A DNA stretch of 64,000 bases from an uncultured Acidobacteriaceae bacterium (lineage in GTDB: Bacteria > Acidobacteriota > Terriglobia > Terriglobales > Acidobacteriaceae): NCBI GenBank assembly GCA_963716615.1, contig CAVQTQ010000005.1:228822-292821 (forward strand). Direction: 5' to 3'. Positions 24,391-33,042 of the stretch are shown one piece after another; position 1 is the first letter of the stretch, and each line of letters begins with the position of its first letter. Both the position numbers and the translations under genes were made by a program. The notes under the pieces were generated by a model, which saw only the letters and a program-made list of their open reading frames with translations, ran no database searches and had not been told where the DNA came from.

Positions 24391-24645
24391 GGGAGTGATT
24401 GTAGCTAGAATTTGCAGTTTCGTAAAATGTTCGCCTGCTGTGGCAAGAAGCTCTTCATAAACGGCCACTCGGGGTAGATGGCCTGATAACATCAACAAGC
24501 CAGATCCCCCGTCCAAGACCGGGGAGCGATCTGGCGTTCGGGTTAGAATACCGACGCCGCCATCCAGTAACCTTGGTGCCCGCCGGTTGCTGTGAAATGA
24601 CGCTATAATCAGTGGTCAGTTTTTTCCTCCCTCCAGTGTGTATCC

Positions 24646-26586
24646 ATGGACAAAGCCCCTGGGGTTTTGATCGCAAACCAGATCGCTAACCAAAGAGTTC
24701 AGCGCTCACGGCCCGCACCCAGTCTCCGTCTGCTGATCGAACTGGAACCGCGCCATCGCGTGTTCTTCGGCAATCTGGCAGACCTGCTCCTGGCGCGGCA
24801 AGTCCCGCGGATCCCTATCACCTCACGGCCCGCACCTTTCTGGAACGACGTTTTCGTCCCCTCCGGCGCCCCCTGGTCCTCGTTCTTCGAGTCAATGCTA
24901 TGGCATCTGTTGCTAATAATTTTGTTCGTATGGGGCCAATCCAGAGTATGGGTGTCGGTAAAACTGTTCCCGCAGCGAGACGTTTTCCACAGGTCTGTCA
25001 TCTACTACCCACCGATTCAGCACTTTCGAGCAGCTGAGGGCAGAACGTCGAGCGTTCGGGCGCGGTCGAGAGTGGAGCGGAGATCGGCGCAGCAACCGGC
25101 ACAACAACCGGCGATGCCAGTGACGCCGGAGCACAAACCGAGCATCGTCACACCACCTGACATCAAGCAGGCCACGGCCACACTGCCGAATATCCCGGGC
25201 TCCCATGCGGTTACTCCTATGGTGCCGTTCTCAGCCACCGCGGGACCGCGGCGGAACGCGTTGGCGGGACCGTCTGCGGTGGTGGCCCCGCCGCCCGATG
25301 TTGACCATAACGTTGACCAAGCTACAGCTCGCCGGCTGGAGCTGCCTCAAACTTCGGCGGTTGCTCCTGCGCCCGAGCTTTGGGGACCTTCTGCGGGACG
25401 GACTATGCAGTCTCCCAATAATGGCCTGCGAGTTGTACCGCCTCCTCCATCAGTTACAAGCAACGCGGCTAGAGCTGGGCGGTTGAGTTCAGGGTTGAAT
25501 TCGTTGTCCAGCGCGGGGTCAAATGTCGTACCCCCTCCCCCGTTGGTTCAGGGTGCGGGCAAGGACGTTGGAGCTGCCCGGTTGGGTTCGATGGCTGGTG
25601 CCGGCTCGCCAGTGGTACCGCCGCCTCCTTCGGTTCAGGGCGTAGGCGCCTCGGCTGGAGCTGCGCGGTTGAGTTCGTTGACCAGCGTGCGGCCAACTGT
25701 TGTACCCCCTGCGCCATCGATTCGGGGTGCGGGCAAGGCTGCTGGCGCTGCACGCTTGGGTTCGATGCCGGGTGTGGATTCGCCAGTGGTGCCGCCGCCT
25801 CCTTCAGTTCAGGGTTCACGCGGCCCTGCTGGAGGTACGAGGTTGGGCTCGCTTTCGCGTGCGGGTTCGGAAGTCGTCCCGCCACCACCGTCAGTTGAGC
25901 GTGCGGGCAACTCTGGCGCGGGTGGACGCTTGCGCTCGTTGTCCGGAGATGGCTCACAGATCGTGCCGCCTCCTCCATCAGTTGAGCGTGCGGGCAACTC
26001 TGGCGCGAGCGGACGCTTAGGCTCATTGTCCGGGTCCGGAGATGGCTCACCGGTCGTGTCGCCGCCTCCTTCATCAGTTGGGGGTGCGGGCTACTCTGGC
26101 CCAACTGGACTGTTAGAACCAATGGATCCCCTGCCGCTCGACGCCGCTTCGGCCTCAGCGGCCGTCGGTAGCGACAACAAATCGACCGTCGAAGAGTTGC
26201 CTCTCGGTGTGCTCGGGGTGGTGTTTGCCGCGCCGGGCACCTCCTTTTTTTCCAATTTCGAAGTTTTCGTCGCCAAGAGAAAAGTCGGCAAGGGCCAACT
26301 GCAACTCATCAAGCTGGTTTATGAATTTCTTCCTTATCAAAGGCGGCTGTCTGAATATGATCTCAACAACCTGCCGCCGCGGGTAATCAAACTGCGCGTA
26401 ATACCAGATCCGAACTGTGACGAGCCGTTGGGGCAGATAATACAGCCTCAGACCGACCCGAATCGTCCAGCCTCGGAGTACCCAAAACTCCCAGCCGCGT
26501 TGCGTGCCGCCGACCTGAACGCAGTGCTGCCCTGTTATCGCACCACCGCGGACGATTTCCAGAAGGCGATGTCGCAAGCCCACTGA
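24646..26586 (+). CDS. Membrane-anchored proline-rich repeat protein (TonB-like architecture), paralog of 1..1102
   Basis: TM helix WSSFFESMLWHLLLIILFVWG contains an S-x3-H arrangement. About eight 29-aa repeats centred on VVPPPPSV follow. The roughly 150-aa C-terminal domain is distinct and unrecognised. Confidence 0.8.
   Translation: MDKAPGVLIANQIANQRVQRSRPAPSLRLLIELEPRHRVFFGNLADLLLARQVPRIPITSRPAPFWNDVFVPSGAPWSSFFESMLWHLLLIILFVWGQSRVWVSVKLFPQRDVFHRSVIYYPPIQHFRAAEGRTSSVRARSRVERRSAQQPAQQPAMPVTPEHKPSIVTPPDIKQATATLPNIPGSHAVTPMVPFSATAGPRRNALAGPSAVVAPPPDVDHNVDQATARRLELPQTSAVAPAPELWGPSAGRTMQSPNNGLRVVPPPPSVTSNAARAGRLSSGLNSLSSAGSNVVPPPPLVQGAGKDVGAARLGSMAGAGSPVVPPPPSVQGVGASAGAARLSSLTSVRPTVVPPAPSIRGAGKAAGAARLGSMPGVDSPVVPPPPSVQGSRGPAGGTRLGSLSRAGSEVVPPPPSVERAGNSGAGGRLRSLSGDGSQIVPPPPSVERAGNSGASGRLGSLSGSGDGSPVVSPPPSSVGGAGYSGPTGLLEPMDPLPLDAASASAAVGSDNKSTVEELPLGVLGVVFAAPGTSFFSNFEVFVAKRKVGKGQLQLIKLVYEFLPYQRRLSEYDLNNLPPRVIKLRVIPDPNCDEPLGQIIQPQTDPNRPASEYPKLPAALRAADLNAVLPCYRTTADDFQKAMSQAH
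25429..26079 (+). repeat. In-frame tandem repeat array, about 8 x 87 nt, encoding (G)AARLGS..G..SPVVPPPPSVQGAG units
   Basis: VVPPPP recurs at aa 263, 294, 323, 352, 381, 411, 440 and 470 of the 646-aa product. Confidence 0.8.
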
Positions 26587-26665
26587 GTGACCAGGAGAAT
26601 TCTCGGAAGGCTCAGGGGTAAATTTGCGGATCAGGAGTGGGACCATTGCCATTGTTGCTGTCGTA

Positions 26666-27091
26666 CTAGTCGTTACGCAAAGTGGACTGGAGGCGCAGGG
26701 GCAGCACCGATGCGTAGTTCTGGAAATCCCGATCGGTGGTAAGAATAGCCCAGCCGCGGCGGTGGGCGGCGGCGCAGATGAGGAAATCGACTGCCGATCC
26801 GGCGATGCCCTGGCTGCGGCAGCGGTTGTTCATGCGGGCGGCTTCTTCGTAGTCCGCCGCTTCGAGCGGGTGTTCCGGGAAAGCCCGCAGGTAGTCACGC
26901 AGCTTGCGAAACTGTGCTTCCTCGCGAATGCCGGAAAGCAGTTCCTGACGGATCGGCCCCAGCATCTGCACGCGTCCTTCACGAATCAGTTCGGCCAAAG
27001 CTTCGGTTAGTTGTTGTTCCGGAGCGCTGAGATGCTCCGGCTGTCGCCGCAGGGCGAGCGACCAGACGGGCGTATCCACCAGCACCATCAT
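26666..27091 (-). CDS. vapC: PIN-domain toxin VapC
   Basis: MMVLVDTPVWSLALRR...IRQELLSG...DFLICAAAHRRGWAILTTDRDF. 4-nt ATGA overlap with vapB. Confidence 0.88.
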   Translation of the reverse strand: MMVLVDTPVWSLALRRQPEHLSAPEQQLTEALAELIREGRVQMLGPIRQELLSGIREEAQFRKLRDYLRAFPEHPLEAADYEEAARMNNRCRSQGIAGSAVDFLICAAAHRRGWAILTTDRDFQNYASVLPLRLQSTLRND

Positions 27092-27330
27092 GAGCGGTGA
27101 TCGCCGCGTGATCGCCGCGGATTCTTACTGGCATTCCGCTGCCGCTCGGCTTTGTAGTCGTACGCGGGGTCCACCGCGAAGGTGCCGAAGGCTTCCAGGA
27201 TGCGCATCTGCTTGCGCTTGCGGACGTACTCGTCAAGGGCGGCGTTCACTGCTTCTTTCTTGGTCTTGTGCCTGCCGGCGCGCCGCGCTTCTTCGATAAG
27301 CTGGTCGTCCAACGCAAGGTTAGTTGGCAT
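27088..27330 (-). CDS. vapB: VapB-family antitoxin (80 aa)
   Basis: MPTNLALDDQLIEEARRAGRHKTKKEAVNAALDEYVRKRKQMRILEAFG is the typical VapB (MPTNL..LDD.L) start. The ORF-track version 27088..27774 is an upstream read-through artefact. Confidence 0.8.
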   Translation of the reverse strand: MPTNLALDDQLIEEARRAGRHKTKKEAVNAALDEYVRKRKQMRILEAFGTFAVDPAYDYKAERQRNASKNPRRSRGDHRS

Positions 27331-27358
27331 GTGTATAATATTACACATTATAATGTGT
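27331..27358 (-). promoter_or_regulatory. vapBC promoter/operator: perfect 16-bp palindrome containing TATAAT on both strands
   Basis: ACACATTATAATGTGT at 27343-27358 is self-complementary. It is preceded by GTGTATAATATTACAC and lies 13-28 nt upstream of the vapB ATG. Confidence 0.5.
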
Positions 27359-27472
27359 GAGTAAATACCAGAAATAGTGGCGTGAAAATTCGGCTGTCTC
27401 TTGATGCGATGTCTTTGATCGAAGCTCATGATCGAAGCTCGATTTTTTCCGCGGCCTGCTAGAATCGCGGCG

Positions 27473-28117
27473 ATGCCCAAACCATCCGCTACCGCTCGCG
27501 CGCGCAAAATTAAGCTCATCCTCTTCGACGTCGACGGCGTGCTTACCGATGGAAAAATCTGGATTTTTCCCGCACCCGAGGTCTCGCAGTCTGGAGCCCG
27601 GCAGAGTGTACTCGAACGGTCCGCCCTAAGCTTCTCCCGGCCAGAGGGAGGGGGCGGTTTCGGTCTGCACAGCGCTGGTCTGATCGAGGCCAAGGGCTTC
27701 CACGCCCACGACGGCACCGCCATCTCGCTTGCCCGCCTGGCGGGGATCAAGACTGGCATCATTACCAAGCGCAACTCCGAAACGGTTGCCTTGCGAGCGC
27801 GCGATCTGAGGATTGACCACGTTTACCAGGGTGTTCAGGACAAGGCGTCGGTGTTGGCGCAGATTCTGGAAAAGGACGGAATCATCGCCGCCGAGGCTGC
27901 TTTCGTGGGCGACGACGTGATCGATCTGGCGGCGATGCGCAAATGCGGACTGGCGATTGCGGTGAAGAACGCGCGGCCCGAGGTCAAAGCTGAAGCGCAC
28001 TGGGTTACGGCGCACGCCGGGGGAGATGGAGCCGCGCGTGACGCGGTCGAGTACATCCTGAAGGCCCAGGGAAAATGGAAGAGGGCGGTGGAGAAATATG
28101 TTTCGCTGAAGAGCTGA
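27473..28117 (+). CDS. kdsC: KDO 8-phosphate phosphatase (HAD-IIIA), with an insertion after motif I
   Basis: KLILFDVDGVLTDG ... GIITKRNSETVALRARDLRIDHVYQGVQDK ... AFVGDDVIDLAAMRKCGLAIAV.NA. Start taken at ATG 27473 (MPKPSAT...). Confidence 0.8.
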   Translation: MPKPSATARARKIKLILFDVDGVLTDGKIWIFPAPEVSQSGARQSVLERSALSFSRPEGGGGFGLHSAGLIEAKGFHAHDGTAISLARLAGIKTGIITKRNSETVALRARDLRIDHVYQGVQDKASVLAQILEKDGIIAAEAAFVGDDVIDLAAMRKCGLAIAVKNARPEVKAEAHWVTAHAGGDGAARDAVEYILKAQGKWKRAVEKYVSLKS

Positions 28118-28207
28118 GAAGTTCGCGGTTCGCTTTTCGCTGTTCGGAAAACCGTTGCTGGGCGGAAAGCGAATGGCGAATGACGAAAAGCGGATTGCTC
28201 AAAAAAC

Positions 28208-28261
28208 ACCCGCCGGCTGCTTGCTTGGGGCGTGCTCGGGTTTGCAACCGGCGGGTTTTTG
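28208..28261. terminator. Possible bidirectional terminator between the convergent kdsC and membrane-protein genes
   Basis: ACCCGCCGG ... CCGGCGGGT (9-bp stem, about 31-nt loop) is flanked by an A6 run upstream and a T5 run downstream. Confidence 0.45.
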
Positions 28262-28379
28262 TTCTCCTTACTCACCCTGTTGTTTTCAGGAGGAATAACC
28301 TTTAAAACCCAGCTTGGCCGGGAAAGTTTCGCAGAGCCGGCAGAATTTTCTTCTCGGACCTTCGCTGGCCGAGCGTGTT

Positions 28380-29144
28380 TTAGGCAGCCTTTGCGGAGCG
28401 ACTTTGGCCGAGATAGTCGGCGACAATCCACGCCGCTGCGGCTATCGCCAGATTCTCCGCGTTGCCGGCCCAGTTCGTAAGATTATGAGGATCATGGGTA
28501 AAAGGCGCCGGCAGCCAAATCAACAACCCGAAACCTACTATCATCGCCGTAAGTAATCGAGAGGCTAGAAGGGCCAAGCGTCCAGAGAGTAAAGCGATGG
28601 CTGCTAGCGCAAACAAAATCGTAGTTGTTACCGCCCAGAACATTTGTCCCGGAGGAATCCACTTGGGAACGAATTTTGCAGTTCCAGAAAGATAAACGAG
28701 TTGTTCGACGGTGAATGAAACGACACAAATTCCGAAAAAGAAGTACCCAAGCCGAGCCATTTTCGCCGCTCGCACCGAATCGCCCGGCTCAAGAGAGGCA
28801 TAAACGATCAGCGCCCCCGCGACCAGAGAAAATTGCTCGAAAAAGTTGCCTAAGCGATCATAAACCTGCGGCTTCTCAATGAAGAGCGGCAGCCAGAGCA
28901 ACGCAAAAATGAGATAGATTGTGCCCAGTGCGATAGCGCCGGCTCGCGCCGTTCTAGGCCGTTGAATCGCAACCCCCCCAAAGATCTCGATGGCAGCGAC
29001 GATGTACACGAGAATCTCGCTGTGAGGAACGTTCCCAAGCGGCCGGATCTGTTGCCACTCGTTAAAGTCATGCCAGACCAAGGCGAAGACGCCGAAACCG
29101 ACGGCCGCCAATCCATAGATGTGACGTCCCAGATGAAATCTCAT
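28380..29144 (-). CDS. Integral membrane protein (6-7 TM helices), function unknown
   Basis: 254-aa hydrophobic ORF (HIYGLAAVGFGVFALVW, ILVYIVAAIEIFGGVAI, and others). No diagnostic motif recognised. Confidence 0.7.
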   Translation of the reverse strand: MRFHLGRHIYGLAAVGFGVFALVWHDFNEWQQIRPLGNVPHSEILVYIVAAIEIFGGVAIQRPRTARAGAIALGTIYLIFALLWLPLFIEKPQVYDRLGNFFEQFSLVAGALIVYASLEPGDSVRAAKMARLGYFFFGICVVSFTVEQLVYLSGTAKFVPKWIPPGQMFWAVTTTILFALAAIALLSGRLALLASRLLTAMIVGFGLLIWLPAPFTHDPHNLTNWAGNAENLAIAAAAWIVADYLGQSRSAKAA

Positions 29145-29272
29145 CTCAGCACCTAAGCGCCCGCATCAGGGCGGCTCAGCAGACCAACGAGTCGTTCAGC
29201 ACGTCTGAGACAGATGAAAAGAGGCGTCTTGTGCGGTCTTAAGTCATTTTCCAGCACTAAGTTATCAATCGC

Positions 29273-30088
29273 CTAATCGGGGATGGCCGTCGTCTTCGCC
29301 GCCATAAGTTCGGCGAAGCGAGGATCCTTGCGCAGGGTGCTGAACTCGTTGTCCTTGTAAACATCCTTGATGTCCTTGTAACCCTCTTCCATTGCCTTCT
29401 TCAGATAGCGCAAGGAGCGGTCGTTCACGCCCGCCCTGGCGTACATCTTGGCAAGGACGTAATCGTAGTGGGCCCGGTCCTCGGGAGAAGCGATTTTTGC
29501 CTGCAGCCCGGCGTGCGAGCTGCGCTCGAAGACTTCGGGATCAAGCCCCACCGCCTTGGCATAACACTGTATGGCTTTTTCGAACTGTTTCTTGCCGAAA
29601 TATGCGGTGCCCAGGTTGCTGTAGTAGGCGGCTGCGTCATCCTTCAATGAGATCGCCTTCTCGTACTGCTTGATCGCTGCGTTGTTGTTATGCATATCGT
29701 AATAAGTGGCGCCGAGGTTGTTGTAGGCGTCGGCATGGTTACGATCGGCTTTGATGGAGCGTTCGCAACTCTTCTTCGCTTCTTTGTCGCGATGCATCTG
29801 GAGCTGGCACATACAGATCTTGTTGAACAGGGATGCATTCCCCGGCGCGCCTCTCAGCGCGGCTTGGTAGTAGTCGATGGCGTCCAGGAAGTTCTTCTCC
29901 GCGCGCAGGTCGTCGCCACGTTGCTCGAGTTCTTCGGGTGATGCCCCGGGGGCCGGTGGATCGGCGCGGTGCAACGGTGGAGGGCCGACTTGCAACTGTT
30001 CGGTGTTCTGGGCCTGGGCTGGGACAACGAGAAAAGCCGAGAAGAGAAGCGATACAACGCTGATGCGGATCCAGGAAAACATATACAC
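29273..30088 (-). CDS. Secreted TPR-repeat protein
   Basis: Signal peptide followed by repeated A..Y..A....P....A..NLG..Y TPR units (ADAYNNLGATYYDMHNNNAAIKQYEKAISL, and others). Confidence 0.8.
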   Translation of the reverse strand: MYMFSWIRISVVSLLFSAFLVVPAQAQNTEQLQVGPPPLHRADPPAPGASPEELEQRGDDLRAEKNFLDAIDYYQAALRGAPGNASLFNKICMCQLQMHRDKEAKKSCERSIKADRNHADAYNNLGATYYDMHNNNAAIKQYEKAISLKDDAAAYYSNLGTAYFGKKQFEKAIQCYAKAVGLDPEVFERSSHAGLQAKIASPEDRAHYDYVLAKMYARAGVNDRSLRYLKKAMEEGYKDIKDVYKDNEFSTLRKDPRFAELMAAKTTAIPD

Positions 30089-30209
30089 CCCCGGCCGAAC
30101 CTACAAAACTTCAGAGTTTTATGGCATTTCAGCGTACGGTGCTGCAATCCTTGCAAGTTTGAGGCCGCGAACCCGGCGCGGTCTTCGTGCGTTTCACTGG
30201 AGCACCCCA

Positions 30210-32816
30210 CTATTGCGGCGGAACGCCGCTGTCACTGCCTTTAGACGGCGCAGCCACGTTCTTGTCATTTTTGGGGGAGCTATTGTCTCCCCTGAACACG
30301 CCCGCAATCTTGCCGAAGAAGCTTTTCTTTTTCTTGACCTCTTCCTCTGATTGGACACCAGTGGGCGCCTGCGGGTTCCCGTTGGCGGTGGGCGGAGGCA
30401 GCGCTTTCTCGGAATTTCCGCCGAATATGCGCGAGAAGAACCCTTGCACGCCGCCCGTCTGATCGCAGGTATCGTGAGGCTCGGTGCCGGCGATGAACGC
30501 TATCGTGTAGTCGTCTGGGCACGACGGCGTCGCCAGGCGGTTGGTGATCTTGTCGAGTTGCACATCAACCACGCCTTCAGGCTGGGTGAAGGGCTTTACA
30601 TCCGAATACTGGCGAAGCGTGACTGCCTTCTTCATGAACTCCGCCCAAATGGGGGCTGCGGTCTGCGCGCCGCTCAGGCGAATGTCGCTGTAATCGTCGT
30701 ATCCCACCCAGACGACGCACAGCAGATTGCTGGTGTAGCCGGCGAACCAGCCGTCGTGCGAAGTGCCGGTCTTGCCTGCGGCCGGGGCGGTGAATCCGCG
30801 GGAGCGCACCCCAGCGGCGGTGCCGAAGTTCATCACGCCTTCCAGCATGTTGGTCATGACAAAGGCGACGCGTGGATCGAGGACCTGCGTCTGCGTAGTT
30901 CCAAAGTTGAGGATGATGTCGCCCTTGGAGTTACGCACCGAATTTACGAAAATGGGTGAAAGCCGCATGCCGCCGTTGGCGAAACTGGTGTAGGCGGCCG
31001 TCATGTCGACGGGCGTGGCGTCGTAGGCGCCGAGAGCCATCGCTGGCGTGGCCTTCACCGAAACGATTCCAGCGGATCTGGCCAGATCCGCCACCTTGTC
31101 GTAGCCGACTTCCTCCGCCACCTTGACGGTTGCGTTGTTAAGCGAGAGCGCAAGCGCGTAGCGGAGCGTGACGTCGCCGTGGTACTCCTCTTTGTAGTTT
31201 CGCGGCTCATAGATCTGGTCGCCATAGGAGAACGTCGTAGGCTGGTCGGCAACTGTGGACGCCGGGGTGATTACATTCGTCGAGCCGTCAAGCGCGGTAT
31301 TCATGGCCGCCGCATACACAAACGGCTTAAAGATAGAGCCGGTGGGACGCTTGGCGAGCGCGTGATTGAGTTGGCTCGCCCCGTAGTTTCGTCCGCCGAC
31401 CAGCGCCTTGATTTCGCCGGTGTGAGGATCCATTGCCACAAGCGCCACCTGCGCCTGCGGACCGGGCGTGACAGTGGTCTCATACTTCTTCCCGACTTTG
31501 GTCCTGCGGGTGCGCATCTTTGTGACCTGATCGTCCACCAGTTTGATGCCGGTTTCGACCGCTTGCGCGGCCGCTCGCTGCAGGTCAGGATCAAGCGTTG
31601 TGTAAATGCGGTATTCCTGCTCGTTGACCTCGTGCTCGTTCAGTTTGCTGACGATAGTGTCGCGAACCATATCCACAAAATACGGCGCGTCGCTGGCCTC
31701 AACATTTGGCGGGGCCAGTTTCAATGGCATCGCCTTGGCTTTATCGGCTTGCTCGCGCGTTATGGCGTGGGTCTCGACCATGGACTCGATCACGGTATTT
31801 CGCCGTTCCAGAGCGCGCTCGGGATGCCGATAGGGCGAAAGATAGCTGGGCGCCTGGATCAATCCAGCCAGCAGCGCGGCTTCCGGCAAGGTGATGTCCT
31901 TCAGATCCTTGTTGAAATAGGACCGCGACCCTTCGGCTAGGCCCGATATGGTGAACGACCCGCGCTGTCCCAGATCGACGCGATTGGCATAGAACTCAAA
32001 AATTTGCTGCTTGGAAAACTTCTGCTCCAACTCGACCGCGATCACCATCTCGATCAGCTTGCGCTTGAAGGTTTTTTCCGGGCTCAGAAAAAATGCCCGC
32101 GATAGCTGCATGGTGATCGTCGAACCGCCCTGCTGATGGCGTTGATGGGTAAAGTCGATCCAGGCGGCTTCGGCCAGACGCATGAAATTTACACCGCTGT
32201 GCTGAAAGAAGCGGCGGTCTTCGATGGCGGTAACCGCTTCCACCATGAGCTTGGGGATGTCATCGTACTTCACCAGTTGCCGCTTGGAGCGTTGCTCGGC
32301 ATCAAAGAGCGAAGTCAGCATCTGGGGCTCGAGTTCGTAGGCCCCTAGTTCTCCGGCAGTGCGGCTGTTGATGGCCGAAACTGCTCCGTCGGCAACGGTA
32401 ATGGTCGCCGCCTCGGGACTGTGATACGACTCGGGGCCGGGCAGAATTTCAATCGAGCCGCCACGTGCACGATAGCTGCCCAACGGAGATTCGCCTTCTT
32501 TTTCTGTATAGCCGGCGTGGCGCAGCTCCGCCGCAATTGCAGAGACAGTCACCTTCGATCCGACCCTGACCACCTGCGGAGCCGCGAAAATCTTGGCTGA
32601 GGTGGCGAACGCCGGCCCGCGGAAGCGCTGCTCGATAATGCGGTCGTACTTCACATACCAGTAGACAAAAACACCAACCACTGCGAGCGATGCAGAGAGA
32701 AAACCGAGCAGGGCGATACGCACGATGGGATCGTGGGACAGCAGGCGGCTTCTGCCGCGGCCTCTTCCGCTTTGGCCGCCACGTCGGATCGTCGGGATTT
32801 TCAGCTTAATGGCCAT
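30210..32816 (-). CDS. Class A penicillin-binding protein (bifunctional glycosyltransferase/transpeptidase)
   Basis: GT51 motifs EDRRFFQHSGVNF, GGSTITMQL and RKLIEMVIAVELE. Transpeptidase motifs SIFKPF (SxxK), SLN and KTGT. N-terminal membrane anchor. Confidence 0.92.
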   Translation of the reverse strand: MAIKLKIPTIRRGGQSGRGRGRSRLLSHDPIVRIALLGFLSASLAVVGVFVYWYVKYDRIIEQRFRGPAFATSAKIFAAPQVVRVGSKVTVSAIAAELRHAGYTEKEGESPLGSYRARGGSIEILPGPESYHSPEAATITVADGAVSAINSRTAGELGAYELEPQMLTSLFDAEQRSKRQLVKYDDIPKLMVEAVTAIEDRRFFQHSGVNFMRLAEAAWIDFTHQRHQQGGSTITMQLSRAFFLSPEKTFKRKLIEMVIAVELEQKFSKQQIFEFYANRVDLGQRGSFTISGLAEGSRSYFNKDLKDITLPEAALLAGLIQAPSYLSPYRHPERALERRNTVIESMVETHAITREQADKAKAMPLKLAPPNVEASDAPYFVDMVRDTIVSKLNEHEVNEQEYRIYTTLDPDLQRAAAQAVETGIKLVDDQVTKMRTRRTKVGKKYETTVTPGPQAQVALVAMDPHTGEIKALVGGRNYGASQLNHALAKRPTGSIFKPFVYAAAMNTALDGSTNVITPASTVADQPTTFSYGDQIYEPRNYKEEYHGDVTLRYALALSLNNATVKVAEEVGYDKVADLARSAGIVSVKATPAMALGAYDATPVDMTAAYTSFANGGMRLSPIFVNSVRNSKGDIILNFGTTQTQVLDPRVAFVMTNMLEGVMNFGTAAGVRSRGFTAPAAGKTGTSHDGWFAGYTSNLLCVVWVGYDDYSDIRLSGAQTAAPIWAEFMKKAVTLRQYSDVKPFTQPEGVVDVQLDKITNRLATPSCPDDYTIAFIAGTEPHDTCDQTGGVQGFFSRIFGGNSEKALPPPTANGNPQAPTGVQSEEEVKKKKSFFGKIAGVFRGDNSSPKNDKNVAAPSKGSDSGVPPQ

Positions 32817-33042
32817 GGAGACGGCTGTGCGTCAATCCAGAAAAGCAATTCTCGGTCCGAACCGATCTTGGGGTTAGGGTGCGTTTCTCTTGATTTTAAA
32901 TCACCAGGAGACCCTGCAATCATTTGGATGCGTGTCAAAGGATAGACGGGCGTGTGGCCGTTGGGCCAGTGTCGAAGTAATATGCAGTCGCAGGAACGCG
33001 AAGTCCAGGTAACCTGGATTAGCGGTTACCCGTGCCCCGCGG

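Noticed and set aside
20047-24408. Several long + strand ORFs (364, 286, 246, 202 aa) opposite the helicase gene
   Set aside because: These are typical high-GC antisense shadows of the 1.5-kaa lhr-like gene, whose helicase motifs are unambiguous.
25429-26079. Possible CRISPR-like periodic repeat
   Set aside because: The 87-nt periodicity is an in-frame protein repeat (VVPPPPSV units) with no unique spacers, no leader and no cas genes. It is not a CRISPR array.
27088-27774. 228-aa version of the vapB ORF
   Set aside because: Only the last 80 codons (from MPTNLALDD) match VapB. The upstream extension crosses the palindromic promoter and overlaps the divergent kdsC gene.
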